This document shows, in pieces, positions 19,675-29,507 of a stretch of 64,000 bases of DNA. The stretch is from an uncultured Desulfobacter sp. (lineage in GTDB: Bacteria > Desulfobacterota > Desulfobacteria > Desulfobacterales > Desulfobacteraceae), in assembly GCA_963665095.1 (NCBI GenBank), contig OY762069.1, positions 96,001-160,000 on the forward strand. The letters are read 5' to 3'. Made by a program: the position numbers and the translations under genes. Each line of letters begins with the position of its first letter. The first letter of the stretch is position 1. Under the pieces are notes generated by a model. It saw only the letters and a list, made by a program, of their open reading frames with translations. It had not been told where the DNA came from and did no database searches.

Positions 19675-21803
19675 GCCAGGTAGCCGGGGACCGTTACCGG
19701 TCCCAAGCCCCTTAAGAACCGGACGTGAGACTTTCACCTCATCCGGCTCAAGCATTGATAAGGCGTGTTGCCACACCCAACAGTTGTCTTCGTTTCCAAC
19801 GAGCTTTGAGATAGTCGGCCCATGCAGGATCGTACGGGTTAACATTCGCTCTAATCTTGATATGTCTGGTAAGCCGGGTCGCGCCTAGTAAAATCAGGGG
19901 TTCGGGATTACCTTTTTCCATGAATCGCCAGTCTCGACCTTTGATTCTCCGGTAATACTTGTTTTTAACCCATCCTTTAGATTTCTTTGGATGCCTTCGC
20001 CTGGCCCATTGCCATGTCATTTGCCAAAATGCATGGTCCAAATCCCCAAACACCTTCCGGCTTACGACGTGTTTGTAATAATTTGCCCAACCGCGTATGA
20101 TACTATTCAGTTTGGCAATAACAACATCGGTTCGCAGGGTTTTATTGGCATGCAGATAGTCTCTGACTTTCGCTTTTATGCGTTTAATGCTGGATTTTGA
20201 AGGTTTTATCAGAAGTTTGCCTTTGTATTTTCTGACATTGAAGCCAAGGAAATCAAAGCCATCATCAATATGTGTGATAATGGTTTTCTCTTTTGATAGT
20301 TCAAGTCCCCTTATTTTAAGGAACTCTTCGATCAAAGGCTTGACTTTATGTTTGAGCATTTCCGGAGAACGGCCCGTTACAATGAAATCATCAGCACACC
20401 TGACAAAATGAATTTTGTCAGGCTTCTTGAAGTTATCATCAAGGAGGGGCTGGATACCGTCAAGAGCCATATTGGCAAGCGTCGGTGAAATTATTCCACC
20501 CTGTGGAGTCCCTTCATTTGTCGAATTAAATATATGTTTCTCAAGATAACCGCACTTGAGCCATTGTTTTAATTTCTTCTTGTTCATGGGAATGTTTTCA
20601 TCCAACCATTTATGATCGATAAAATCAAAACAGCCTTTGATATCTGCCTCTAAAATCCAGTCAGCACTACCTTTCCGTCTTAACGCATTGTAAATCGCTC
20701 CTATGGCATCCTGGGCCGAGCGGACTTTCCTGAATCCATAGGAATGATGATCCGCTGTGGATTCAGATACCGGATCAAGCCCTAATAAATCAAGGGCCTG
20801 TTCCACCCGGTCATGCATGGCCGGTATGCCTAATGGTCGTTTCTTACCATTTTTCTTTGGGATATAAATACGTTTCAGCGGCTTAGCCTTATATTCGGGA
20901 AGATTAAGATTCTTGAGCGTTTCCCATCGCTTCCGAGGTGTATCAATTAACATATTGTCAACACCTGGGGTTCGTTTTCCACTATTGGATATTACCCGTT
21001 TGATAGCAATAAGTTTTGCCGCAAGCGAGTTGGACAGCAGCCTTTGAAGGCCGCGTACCTTTTGTTTTAATCCTTGCTTAACTGCCTTCACGATACGCGC
21101 TTGTATACGGAATACTGTCTGTCTGTGCTTATCCCAGTCAATGAGATCCCACACATTCTTCAAGCCCATACGGCCGTCAACATCATGTAATGATATCATC
21201 CATCCACACCAGTATAGTTATTCCGTTCAAATCATTTCCCGTGATTCAACACCGTGCCGGAAGTCTGCACACTTTCGTGTCCGGGCAAATTTTGAACCCG
21301 TATCTGATCCATTACAGAACAGCATTCGCTTTCTCCAGCGTTCCTCTACCCGCATCCCCATAGGCCACCCTTGCGGCTGGCTGTCCTTACGGGGAAGGAG
21401 AGATACGGGCTTACCAAGTTCCACTTTCAACACACAATGGGTTAGCGTCTGTCTATCCGCCGGAGGGATCATTGATTACGTGAAGCAACTACGGAATACT
21501 CCAACCATACCTCTTGCCTTTTGGCCCAGGCCTGTCAGCATCTTTGGCCTGTCAAACATAACGACGTTTATTAACAGTTCACATATGTTACGCATACCAT
21601 CGTTCCTAGCTCCCATCCGGGTTGATGCTCCCAGAGTTGAGGTCCTCTTACGATTATCTCTTCCGGCCATAGGCCAAGGGCTTCATTGTCATCCGGGCTT
21701 CACACAAAAACATTACTGCTAGTGCATGCCGGAGTAGAAAACTGCCGGTAATACGGCAGGTTGGGGCGAGCCCAACATTATTAAAAGCGACTTCTTGTCG
21801 CAA
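19675..21803 (-). mobile_element. Group II intron (chloroplast-like/IIB-type features)
   Basis: 5' end TTGCGACAAGAAGTCGC; domain V GAGCCGGATGAGGTGAAAGTCTCACGTCCGGTTC; domain VI ends CTACCTGGC; internal RT ORF. Confidence 0.9.
19748..21199 (-). CDS. ltrA: Group II intron reverse transcriptase/maturase without an endonuclease domain
   Basis: TPGVD, RPLGIP, YGFR, DIKGCFD, GTPQGGIISP, RCADDF, IRGWANYY, NPYDP. Confidence 0.93.
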   Translation of the reverse strand: MISLHDVDGRMGLKNVWDLIDWDKHRQTVFRIQARIVKAVKQGLKQKVRGLQRLLSNSLAAKLIAIKRVISNSGKRTPGVDNMLIDTPRKRWETLKNLNLPEYKAKPLKRIYIPKKNGKKRPLGIPAMHDRVEQALDLLGLDPVSESTADHHSYGFRKVRSAQDAIGAIYNALRRKGSADWILEADIKGCFDFIDHKWLDENIPMNKKKLKQWLKCGYLEKHIFNSTNEGTPQGGIISPTLANMALDGIQPLLDDNFKKPDKIHFVRCADDFIVTGRSPEMLKHKVKPLIEEFLKIRGLELSKEKTIITHIDDGFDFLGFNVRKYKGKLLIKPSKSSIKRIKAKVRDYLHANKTLRTDVVIAKLNSIIRGWANYYKHVVSRKVFGDLDHAFWQMTWQWARRRHPKKSKGWVKNKYYRRIKGRDWRFMEKGNPEPLILLGATRLTRHIKIRANVNPYDPAWADYLKARWKRRQLLGVATRLINA

Positions 21804-21965
21804 CCGTAGTATGTTTTTGTTAGGGGAATCTCAATTCTTATTCATTTTTGTGTTTAATCAATTCAACAGCTGTTGCATATCTTCAATAACAACCAGTAGT
21901 TGCCCTCATCCTGAACAATCCCAACCCCACCTTGATACACCTGGAAAACTTAATTAATTTTATAA

Positions 21966-22225
21966 GTGTGTAATGGCCAACAGGCAATAAGCAATATTAA
22001 TGTTTACAAACCGCGTACCCCCAAAGAAAGCGCATATTACAAGCGTGTTGAGAATCATTTTGAAGAGTTGGAACGGGTGTGGGATGATATGTATACCCCC
22101 CGATACGGCTATTGGCGAACATACGTCATGACCGTAATTTACAGATATCTCGATTGTGGAAATCTTCATATGGGGTTTGCCAGGGTCCGCTGTGAAGAAT
22201 GCGGCCATGAGTACCTCCTGGCATT
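21966..22225 (+). pseudogene. N-terminal Zn-binding fragment of a second IS91-family transposase type
   Basis: YRYLDCGNLHMGFARVRCEECGHEYLLA, after which similarity ends. Confidence 0.75.
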
Positions 22226-22240
22226 AGCATGTCGTTCAAA

Positions 22241-22420
22241 CTACACCTCCTTTTGTTATGGCATATTGAAAAATCGAATGCCGGGCTGTGTCGCTAATTG
22301 CCACAACCGCCGGGTGCTTGAGTATACACTCCACACAGATGGCGTAAAATTTTTCTTTAATGTTGTCATACCTGCTGATAACCTCTACCTGGTACTGGGT
22401 TTCCATAGGACGAGGAATAG
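22241..22420 (-). pseudogene. C-terminal fragment of an NhaR-like LysR regulator
   Basis: Manual translation QYQVEVISRYDNIKEKFYAICVECILKHPAVVAISDTARHSIF. Confidence 0.55.
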
Positions 22421-22435
22421 CGTTTACCCGTTACC

Positions 22436-22740
22436 ATGAAAAACCTTTCCCTGTATGGGTCTCTTTCCTACAACAGGTTCTACTTTGCCCAGGACATTGA
22501 TAACGCCTCCGGCGGCAAGGTTTCCGTTGACGGCCAACAGGTACCGGGTGCGCCGAAGTTTCTCGCCAAGGGGATTGTCAGTTATACAATCGGGGATTTC
22601 ACCCTGTCTCCCAGTGTAAAATACTTTTTCGAGAGATACGGCGATGTCCTTCATCGGGAGCGGATTGATGATGCGGTGATTTACGATTTCGACCTGAGCT
22701 ATGCAACGACCCTGCCTCGGTTCAAGATCAAGAAAGCCGT
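22436..22740 (+). pseudogene. TonB-dependent receptor C-terminal fragment
   Basis: NLSLYGSLSYNRF...QVPGAPK...IYDFDLSY. Confidence 0.7.
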
Positions 22741-22793
22741 CTCAAAACCTGTTGCCGATAATTTTTTCTGCTGGCCGTTTTTCAGGCGGCAGC

Positions 22794-23807
22794 CTAACCT
22801 GTAGCGCTTTTATAGATTACGGCTTTTCTATATTCGGAAGGCCTGAGTCCGTACGCTTTGAAAAAAGACGCTGCAAAATGACTTGAGCTGCAAAATCCTG
22901 ATTCATATGCAATTCGGGTCAGATCATCAGGATTTTTCTCGATCAGCTTACGGGCATAAGACAACCGCTTTTTTCGAAGGTATTCAAATACCGTACATCC
23001 GAAAACCGTCTTAAACCCTCTGGTAAGCCAGACGTGGCTCATCCCCACCATCGCGGCCAGTTCTTTGAGTGACGGCGGGGTTAAAAGCCTGCCGTCAAGT
23101 ATGTCCCTGGCCCTGTAAATCTGTTCTCGTTTTTCATGGCTCATTTGGGTGTATTTCTGATCAGGGCAGCCTTGATATACCTGCTCCAATTTTAGGGCAA
23201 TGAGTTCAAGCGCCTTGCTTTCCAGGTAGATTTTGCCGATTCTTCCCCTGTGCGCATTACTCTGAACCTGCAGAAAAGCCGTTGCCATCTCAGGCGTCAT
23301 GATGTGATTTACGTAGAAACAAGAGGAGGAGAGAGCTGTTTCCAGAACGTTATGGAATGGCCCGTCCGGCTGCTGGACAGAGGCGAGCAACTGGGCCAGG
23401 TAATCAGGGGGAACACCTATGGAAAGCGTCAGCATTTCCTGTTCTCCCGGTATGATCCGTTCGTATACAGGATCTTTTGAAAAATAGATGGACGCAAAGC
23501 CCGGCGCCAAGACCAGAGAATCAGAGTGGCAGGAATTTCGGGAAAGCGTTTGTCCCTTAATGCTGAAGACAAAATAAAACAGCGGGCCTGGCGATGCAAC
23601 TTCAGCGGTATAATCGCGATTAAATCGGCCTGAGCACATTCCCATGCCCAGGCCGTCTCCTAGCGAGACGCTTACAAAGCGGCCTGTACCGATCTGTTCC
23701 GGCAGGGGGCGGATGCGTTGGTAGGATTTTGCATAATCGTCATCAGGGACAGACGCGTTGAACCGGATATGGTTTCCGCTTTTGTCTTTGATCAGAACCC
23801 GGGGCAA
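22794..23807 (-). CDS. AraC family regulator downstream of a cobalamin riboswitch
   Basis: IYLESKALEL and IAYESGFCSSSHFAASF; TTG start with AGGAG RBS. Confidence 0.92.
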   Translation of the reverse strand: MPRVLIKDKSGNHIRFNASVPDDDYAKSYQRIRPLPEQIGTGRFVSVSLGDGLGMGMCSGRFNRDYTAEVASPGPLFYFVFSIKGQTLSRNSCHSDSLVLAPGFASIYFSKDPVYERIIPGEQEMLTLSIGVPPDYLAQLLASVQQPDGPFHNVLETALSSSCFYVNHIMTPEMATAFLQVQSNAHRGRIGKIYLESKALELIALKLEQVYQGCPDQKYTQMSHEKREQIYRARDILDGRLLTPPSLKELAAMVGMSHVWLTRGFKTVFGCTVFEYLRKKRLSYARKLIEKNPDDLTRIAYESGFCSSSHFAASFFKAYGLRPSEYRKAVIYKSATG

Positions 23808-23980
23808 GACGGAAATCTCCTAAACAACCGGATCATGGCAACCGGCCATGCTGTTTTTTCCCGGGAGAAACCGCTGAGATCTTTCATATAACGGCCATGG
23901 GCCGACCTGGTCTGTCGCGTCAGGTTTGCCCACAACAAATCATGTAAGAATTCAATCCGTTTATCTGATTCTTTCATATA

Positions 23981-24019
23981 AAAAAAATCCCGAACCTATT
24001 TTTACAATAGATTTGGGAT
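23981..24019 (-). terminator. Terminator of the riboswitch expression platform
   Basis: Minus strand ATCCCAAATCTATT-GTAAA-AATAGGTTCGGGAT followed by a T run. Confidence 0.7.
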
Positions 24020-24082
24020 GTCCCTTTTTTATCCGCAGAATCTGCTGGCGTATCCCTGCCACGGGTATGCGCCGGTTTCAAA

Positions 24083-24245
24083 GGCTATGGCAGGTCTTCT
24101 GACTTCCGGATCATCCTAATCTGCCGCGCCTTCCCGTCCTTAAACAGTGGCATTTTGCGGTGTTCGTCCCCGGTTACAGCGGCGGGCCCATCCCTGATTC
24201 TCACAGGGTTCCCTGTTCGGCTTTAAACAGCACCATCACCTGTAT
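24083..24245 (-). promoter_or_regulatory. Cobalamin (B12) riboswitch
   Basis: GGTGC...AGGGAA...GTGAGAATC...CCCGCCGCTGTAA...GCCACTG...GGGAAGG...AAGTCAGAAGACCTGCC. Confidence 0.93.
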
Positions 24246-24367
24246 GATTTATGAGCCATCAGATATATCCGTAAACTGCGGATACTGTCAAGTGATTTGT
24301 TAACTATTTGAATTAGTTGAAAAAATTAAATAAGTTGCAACGGAAAATCATTTTTCTTGACATTAAC

Positions 24368-24924
24368 GTATGGATACCATACTTATACCTTGAAAGGACA
24401 ACCATTATGCACAAAATAGCCAGAAAATACCTCCTGCTGTTTGAAAAGATTTCCAACACGAGCCGTCAGTCCAAATCCTTTGATACGGACGTTGACATAT
24501 ACCGCAGCGAGATCCATATCATCCAGTTGATCGGGGAGCGCTCGGAACTCTATATCTCAGAGATCTCCAAACTCATCGGCGTGACCAAGGGAACGGTTTC
24601 ACAGATTGTCAAACGGCTTGAGGTAAAGGGGTTGGTAAGGAAAAAAAAGGATGCAGCCAACAATACCCGCCAGCTGGTGTGGTTGACCGACAAGGGGCAG
24701 ACGGCCTATAAGGCTCACAACCGTTACCACCATGAGCAGCACGCTGAAATGGAGAACTATCTGAGTTCTTTGGATGCCGCGCAGATTGAGGCGCTTGAAA
24801 CCTTTCTCAATCTTGCCCAGGAAATCATAGAAGACCATATTTAAGTAGTCCCCTTTTTTTTTATTTCAAACGTATGGATACCATATGTTTGTTCTTTTTT
24901 GTTTTTAATGTATGGACACCATAC
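24368..24924. promoter_or_regulatory. Three copies of the palindrome GTATGG-N3-CCATAC (likely MarR operator)
   Basis: Copies at 24368-24382, 24872-24886 and 24910-24924; the first follows TTGACA. Confidence 0.75.
24407..24844 (+). CDS. MarR family regulator
   Basis: ISEISKLIGVTKGTVSQIVKRLEVKGLV...LTDKG; ATG 24407 after AAAGGA. Confidence 0.92.
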   Translation: MHKIARKYLLLFEKISNTSRQSKSFDTDVDIYRSEIHIIQLIGERSELYISEISKLIGVTKGTVSQIVKRLEVKGLVRKKKDAANNTRQLVWLTDKGQTAYKAHNRYHHEQHAEMENYLSSLDAAQIEALETFLNLAQEIIEDHI

Positions 24925-24946
24925 GTTAACTATTAAGGAGTTTAAT

Positions 24947-26134
24947 ATGAGATTGGAAAATAGAATCATCTGGACCGCAGCCTTGATCCAGCTGGTCAAC
25001 ATCATAGATTTCATGATGGTCATGCCTCTGGGGCCGGACATGGCGGCAAGTCTGCCGGTCACCAACGCCGATATCGGCATCATCTGCGGATGCTATACTC
25101 TATCCGTTGGTTTTTCCGGAATCGTTGCCGCCAAGTTCCTGGATGCATTTGACAGGAAAACCGCCGCCATTGTGGCTGTGGCAGGCTTGTCCCTGGGCAC
25201 GCTCAGCGCAGCCTTTGCCGGCAACCTGATCTCACTGATCGGAGCCCGGGTGCTGGCCGGAATTTTTGGAGGCCCGGCCGCAGCGATTTCCCTTTCCATG
25301 GTCACCGACACCGTTCCCCCGGAACGGCGGGGCAGAGCCATGGCCATTGTCATGGGAACATTTTCGGTTTCCTCTGTTGCCGCCATCCCCTTTGGGCTGG
25401 AGCTTGCCCGGAGGGGATCGTGGAAAACACCGTTTTACGGTATCTTCATACTCGGCTGCATTGTACTGGCGATTCTCTGGTTTTCGACACCTCAGATGAA
25501 AGCGCACCTGAACGGAAAAAAAGAACCGGTCCTGTTTCGAAATTTCCTGGGCAAGCCCCACTATCTTTTTGCCCTTGGCCTGCTGCTGACCGCAATGATC
25601 TCGACTTATTCGATCATTCCAAGTCTTTCGGCCTTTCTTCAGTTGAACCTGGGGTATCCACGGGAATCCCTCGGGTTTCTTTACCTGGTCGGCGGTGTGA
25701 GCAGCCTGGTTCTCATCCAGATCGGCGGCAGGTCTTCAGACGCCATCGGCCCTGTTCCAACCAATGTCGTCGGGACCGTTTTTTACGTTCTTTTTCTGTA
25801 TGACGGTTTTATCCACACCCCGGTTTCCCCGGTGATGCTGGTCTTTGTCATGTTCATGGGAACCGCCTGCTTCAGGAATGTATCCGCAACCACCGAGGCG
25901 TCCCAACTTCCCCTGCCACACGAACGGGCCGCATTCATGTCTCTTTTGACCTCGATGCAGCACATCGGCAACGGCATCGGAGCTCTGTCCGCATCCGCCA
26001 TTTTAACGACAGATCAAAAAGGACAGCTGCTGCACATGGAATGGGTGGGCGTTCTGGCCATTGTCATGGCATTGTTTCAGCCGCTGCTCCTGATCCTCAT
26101 ACGCAGATCAAAAAGAACAGAACCGTTTAACTAA
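24947..26134 (+). CDS. MFS transporter
   Basis: About 12 hydrophobic segments; LDAFDRK, ARVLAGIFGG, PPERRGRAM. Confidence 0.92.
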   Translation: MRLENRIIWTAALIQLVNIIDFMMVMPLGPDMAASLPVTNADIGIICGCYTLSVGFSGIVAAKFLDAFDRKTAAIVAVAGLSLGTLSAAFAGNLISLIGARVLAGIFGGPAAAISLSMVTDTVPPERRGRAMAIVMGTFSVSSVAAIPFGLELARRGSWKTPFYGIFILGCIVLAILWFSTPQMKAHLNGKKEPVLFRNFLGKPHYLFALGLLLTAMISTYSIIPSLSAFLQLNLGYPRESLGFLYLVGGVSSLVLIQIGGRSSDAIGPVPTNVVGTVFYVLFLYDGFIHTPVSPVMLVFVMFMGTACFRNVSATTEASQLPLPHERAAFMSLLTSMQHIGNGIGALSASAILTTDQKGQLLHMEWVGVLAIVMALFQPLLLILIRRSKRTEPFN

Positions 26135-26156
26135 GCAAAATATAAGGAAAATAATA

Positions 26157-27185
26157 ATGGAAAAACACGACAGTTTAGATGCAAATAAAATCATAAACAC
26201 AGGGCATTCTGAGTCCCGCGATAGCTTCGGTGAAGTACGGGCCGTAAACATCCGCTGCATATCTGAAACCGGCTGGTTTGACAACACTATCCTGGCAAAT
26301 GATGTGGCTGCGGCCGGCGGGGTGAGGACCAGCCAATACAACATCGCCTATACTAATGATAATCTTGGCGGCTATGCCGCCCTGGTTGAGGTCGAAGCCC
26401 TGGACGGGGAAAAGACCCTTTACCTTCTGGACAGCGGCTGGAGTACGGACTGGATGGATCATGCCTTTGCCAAAGCCGGCGTGGACAGGCTACTTGCAGA
26501 CCAGAAGATCCGGACCATGGTGATCTCCCATGACCACAACGATCATTTTTTCGGCATTGAAAGCACCCTGAGGCATTCCCGGGACCTTAAATTGTATTTT
26601 CCCTCCACGGCAATGCCTCAAAGCGTTGCACTGCTTGACGGGGCGGATTTTTCCGGCACGCCGGGCTGCCCCAAAAACAAGTTCCCCCATACCGGCGAAC
26701 GGATCATTACAGAGCCGGATACCCTTTATACCCTTCAGGACGGGGTCGCCCTTGCCTTTTTTGATATGCCCATCACCCTGGGGGTACGGGGGGAGAATGT
26801 CATGTATATAAAAGTTCAAGACAAGGGGTATGTCATCATCACGGGCTGCGGCCATCCCGGCATCCTGAACATCATCAATTATGCCCGCACCCGCCTGAAG
26901 GACGGGGAGCATCTGTACGGCTGCTACGGCGGCCTGCACATTGATCCATTTGAACAATGGGGCCCTGGCACAGACGATATCCTTGCCGGGATCAGCCGAT
27001 GCGGCATGAAAAAAATCGCCTGCAACCACTGTACCGGACGGCTCTGGGCGCAGAAAGCCATTGAAGCCGGTCTGCCTATTGTCAAGGGGTCAGATGCGTT
27101 CCTCTCATATAAGAGGGTGGCAACCCAGGCAGGCGACGGCAGTTCAAACCTTTATGCCGGAAACGGGGACATGGTCTCTTTCTGA
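26157..27185 (+). CDS. MBL-fold metallo-hydrolase
   Basis: LLDSG, SHDHNDHFFG, TGCGHPG, GGLH, CNHCTG. Confidence 0.88.
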   Translation: MEKHDSLDANKIINTGHSESRDSFGEVRAVNIRCISETGWFDNTILANDVAAAGGVRTSQYNIAYTNDNLGGYAALVEVEALDGEKTLYLLDSGWSTDWMDHAFAKAGVDRLLADQKIRTMVISHDHNDHFFGIESTLRHSRDLKLYFPSTAMPQSVALLDGADFSGTPGCPKNKFPHTGERIITEPDTLYTLQDGVALAFFDMPITLGVRGENVMYIKVQDKGYVIITGCGHPGILNIINYARTRLKDGEHLYGCYGGLHIDPFEQWGPGTDDILAGISRCGMKKIACNHCTGRLWAQKAIEAGLPIVKGSDAFLSYKRVATQAGDGSSNLYAGNGDMVSF

Positions 27186-27359
27186 TGCATCCGGAGCTTT
27201 TTTTGTCTCTGGATTTGTTTCCTTAAATGCTCTGCCTGTTTTCTTCGATGATATTTTTTTAAAAAAAAATGTGTGAGAATCCCCCCTGTTTAATTAGGCT
27301 GTTGCCGCGGTGAAGACCGCCAAAAACGAAAAAATGAATCAAACGAAAAGCACCCGTCT

Positions 27360-28418
27360 ATGGAAAAATTCGGAAAAAGCATGATGAAACACCTTCCCCA
27401 CACTGATATCCCGTATCCGTCAATGGTGCCCTTATTTGACCTTTTGGTTGCCCCGGTCAAATGGGCCGTTCTTGAACATGCAATGGCGCTGGGCCTGGCC
27501 GATATTCTTGCCGATACCTCCAGCGTGGATGAGATCGCCGCAAGGCTCGGCGTTCAGAACGGTACAACCGCCCTGGTCTACTTTCTGGACGCCATGGCGG
27601 CCCTCGGCCTGGCGGAAAAGAAGAACAATACATACCGCAATACTGAATTCGGAACACATTTTTTATGCCGGAAGAGCCCGGTTTACATGGGAGCGCTTTT
27701 GGCCAACATGAAAGCCATGCAGCACAAAAACCTGTCACGCTTTTCAGACATTGTAAAAAACGGGTTGCCCGAGGCGTCCCGGTCAGAGTCCCTGTGCACC
27801 GAAAAAAGGTGGGAACAGGCCATTGCCCATCTGGCAGCCTATCAGAAGGCCGGCATGGGAATGCTATGCGCAGATCTTGTGGAACAGCTGCCGGAACATA
27901 AGCGTATCAGAAAAATCCTTGACCTTGGCGGCGGACCAGGCCTGATCGGAGCGGAAATCCTTCGCCGGATCCCAAAGGCAGAAGGCGTGCTTATGGATCT
28001 GCCGGCCATTATCCGACTGGCTGAGCAGGAAATAAAAAAAGAAGGAATGGATCACAGGATATCCACCATTGCCGGCGATTACAATGAAACCGGCCTGGGC
28101 TGCGGCTATGACCTAGTCTGGGCCAGCCACAATCTGTACTTTGTAAAGGAGCGTATTCCTTTTTTTCGCCGGGTCAGGCAATCGCTTACCGAAAGCGGTG
28201 TCTTTGCCTGCCTGCATGAAGGGTTGACCCAAGAGCGGACAACTCCGGCAAATATCATCCTGATGCGGCTTTCCCTGGCCCTGGAAGGACAGGCTTTTTC
28301 CTTTGCACAGGGGGAAATTGCCTCCGGCCTCAGGCAGGCGGGGTTTGTGCGCGTGGAATCCACCCCGGTCGACTTGCCCGTCGGCCCGGGCGAATTGGTT
28401 GTTGCAAGGAAGAATTGA
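27360..28418 (+). CDS. O-methyltransferase
   Basis: ILDLGGGPG and IAGDY motifs; N-terminal dimerisation domain. Confidence 0.9.
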   Translation: MEKFGKSMMKHLPHTDIPYPSMVPLFDLLVAPVKWAVLEHAMALGLADILADTSSVDEIAARLGVQNGTTALVYFLDAMAALGLAEKKNNTYRNTEFGTHFLCRKSPVYMGALLANMKAMQHKNLSRFSDIVKNGLPEASRSESLCTEKRWEQAIAHLAAYQKAGMGMLCADLVEQLPEHKRIRKILDLGGGPGLIGAEILRRIPKAEGVLMDLPAIIRLAEQEIKKEGMDHRISTIAGDYNETGLGCGYDLVWASHNLYFVKERIPFFRRVRQSLTESGVFACLHEGLTQERTTPANIILMRLSLALEGQAFSFAQGEIASGLRQAGFVRVESTPVDLPVGPGELVVARKN

Positions 28419-28421
28419 TAA

Positions 28422-29507
28422 ATGGAGAACAAAAGCATGAAAAAAAGAATCGTTGCCGCCTGCTGTCTTTTGGCAGGCCTGTTTTTGGTTTCACAAGGTC
28501 CTACGGCTGCCGTAGCGGACAAGGGCTTTCGCACCATCACCGATCTTCGGGGGAACAGGGTCGCATTGCCACAGGCAAAGGACCTTCACCGTGTGGTGAT
28601 TATTTCCCCGCCCCTGGTCTCGATTTTTGCCTCCCTTCACATCACCGGTGTAAAGATTGTCGGCGCACATAAGTTTGCTTTTGAAAACGCGAATAAGAAA
28701 CTGCTGGACCTGTTGTTGCCTGAGTGGCGGAACATTTCCACCGGATTTATTAGCGGGTTCACGTCCAATGCCGAAGAACTGCTCAAACTGAAGCCGGACG
28801 TCATCCTTGTCTACGGAAAATTCCAGCAGGAAGGGCTCCAGGGAATTCCTGTCCCCGTCCTGGACTTCTTCATTAAAAAACATGATGACGAAGTCTGGTC
28901 CGTATCTGTTGAGAACCTGATGCGGGAGATCTTTGCCGTCGATCCTGCAGCGCCTTCCCTGCAGGCGGAATGGGATCTTGCCAAGGAAACGGCGGCCACC
29001 CTTCTTGCAAAACGCAAAGGCCCCCGGAAAAAGGGCTTGATGATCATGAGCAACACAGGAGACAAAATAATGGTTCGGGGCAACAACCCCTCCGGCGACG
29101 ATTGGCTGACACCGAGCGGAATTGCCAATGCCGCTGGTCTGAAGGGCCTGAACCGGGAAGTTTCCATGGAACAATTTTACGCCTGGAACCCGGATGTTAT
29201 TTTTTCCTTCATGGGAATGCCTGCGTCAAGGTACATCAAGGGCGATATTCCCGGCCAGGACTGGCGCCACATCAAAGCTGTTCAGGACAGGGCCGTGTAT
29301 GACACGCCAAAGGGGCTCATGACCTGGGCCGCTCCCTGTACCGATTCGCCATTGGCGCTTCTCTGGATGGTCAGTAAAAATTATCCGGAACTTTTGAGCG
29401 AATCGGATTTTATTGACATGATGAAGGCCTTTTATTCCCGCAGGTGCGGTCTTGCGCTTTCCCGTGATCTCATTGATTCGATCCTTTATCCCCATGAAAG
29501 AGGATAG
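28422..29507 (+). CDS. Fe-siderophore/B12-type ABC substrate-binding protein
   Basis: ITDLRGNRV, EELLKLKPDVI, WNPDVI. Confidence 0.9.
   Translation: MENKSMKKRIVAACCLLAGLFLVSQGPTAAVADKGFRTITDLRGNRVALPQAKDLHRVVIISPPLVSIFASLHITGVKIVGAHKFAFENANKKLLDLLLPEWRNISTGFISGFTSNAEELLKLKPDVILVYGKFQQEGLQGIPVPVLDFFIKKHDDEVWSVSVENLMREIFAVDPAAPSLQAEWDLAKETAATLLAKRKGPRKKGLMIMSNTGDKIMVRGNNPSGDDWLTPSGIANAAGLKGLNREVSMEQFYAWNPDVIFSFMGMPASRYIKGDIPGQDWRHIKAVQDRAVYDTPKGLMTWAAPCTDSPLALLWMVSKNYPELLSESDFIDMMKAFYSRRCGLALSRDLIDSILYPHERG

Noticed and set aside
19675..21803. RT as a retron, DGR or CRISPR-associated enzyme
   Set aside because: Group II domains V/VI and a maturase domain are present; no template repeat, cas genes or CRISPR array seen.
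23792..23977. 61-aa ORF between the riboswitch and the AraC gene
   Set aside because: No RBS or motif, and it begins right at the terminator; treated as leader sequence.
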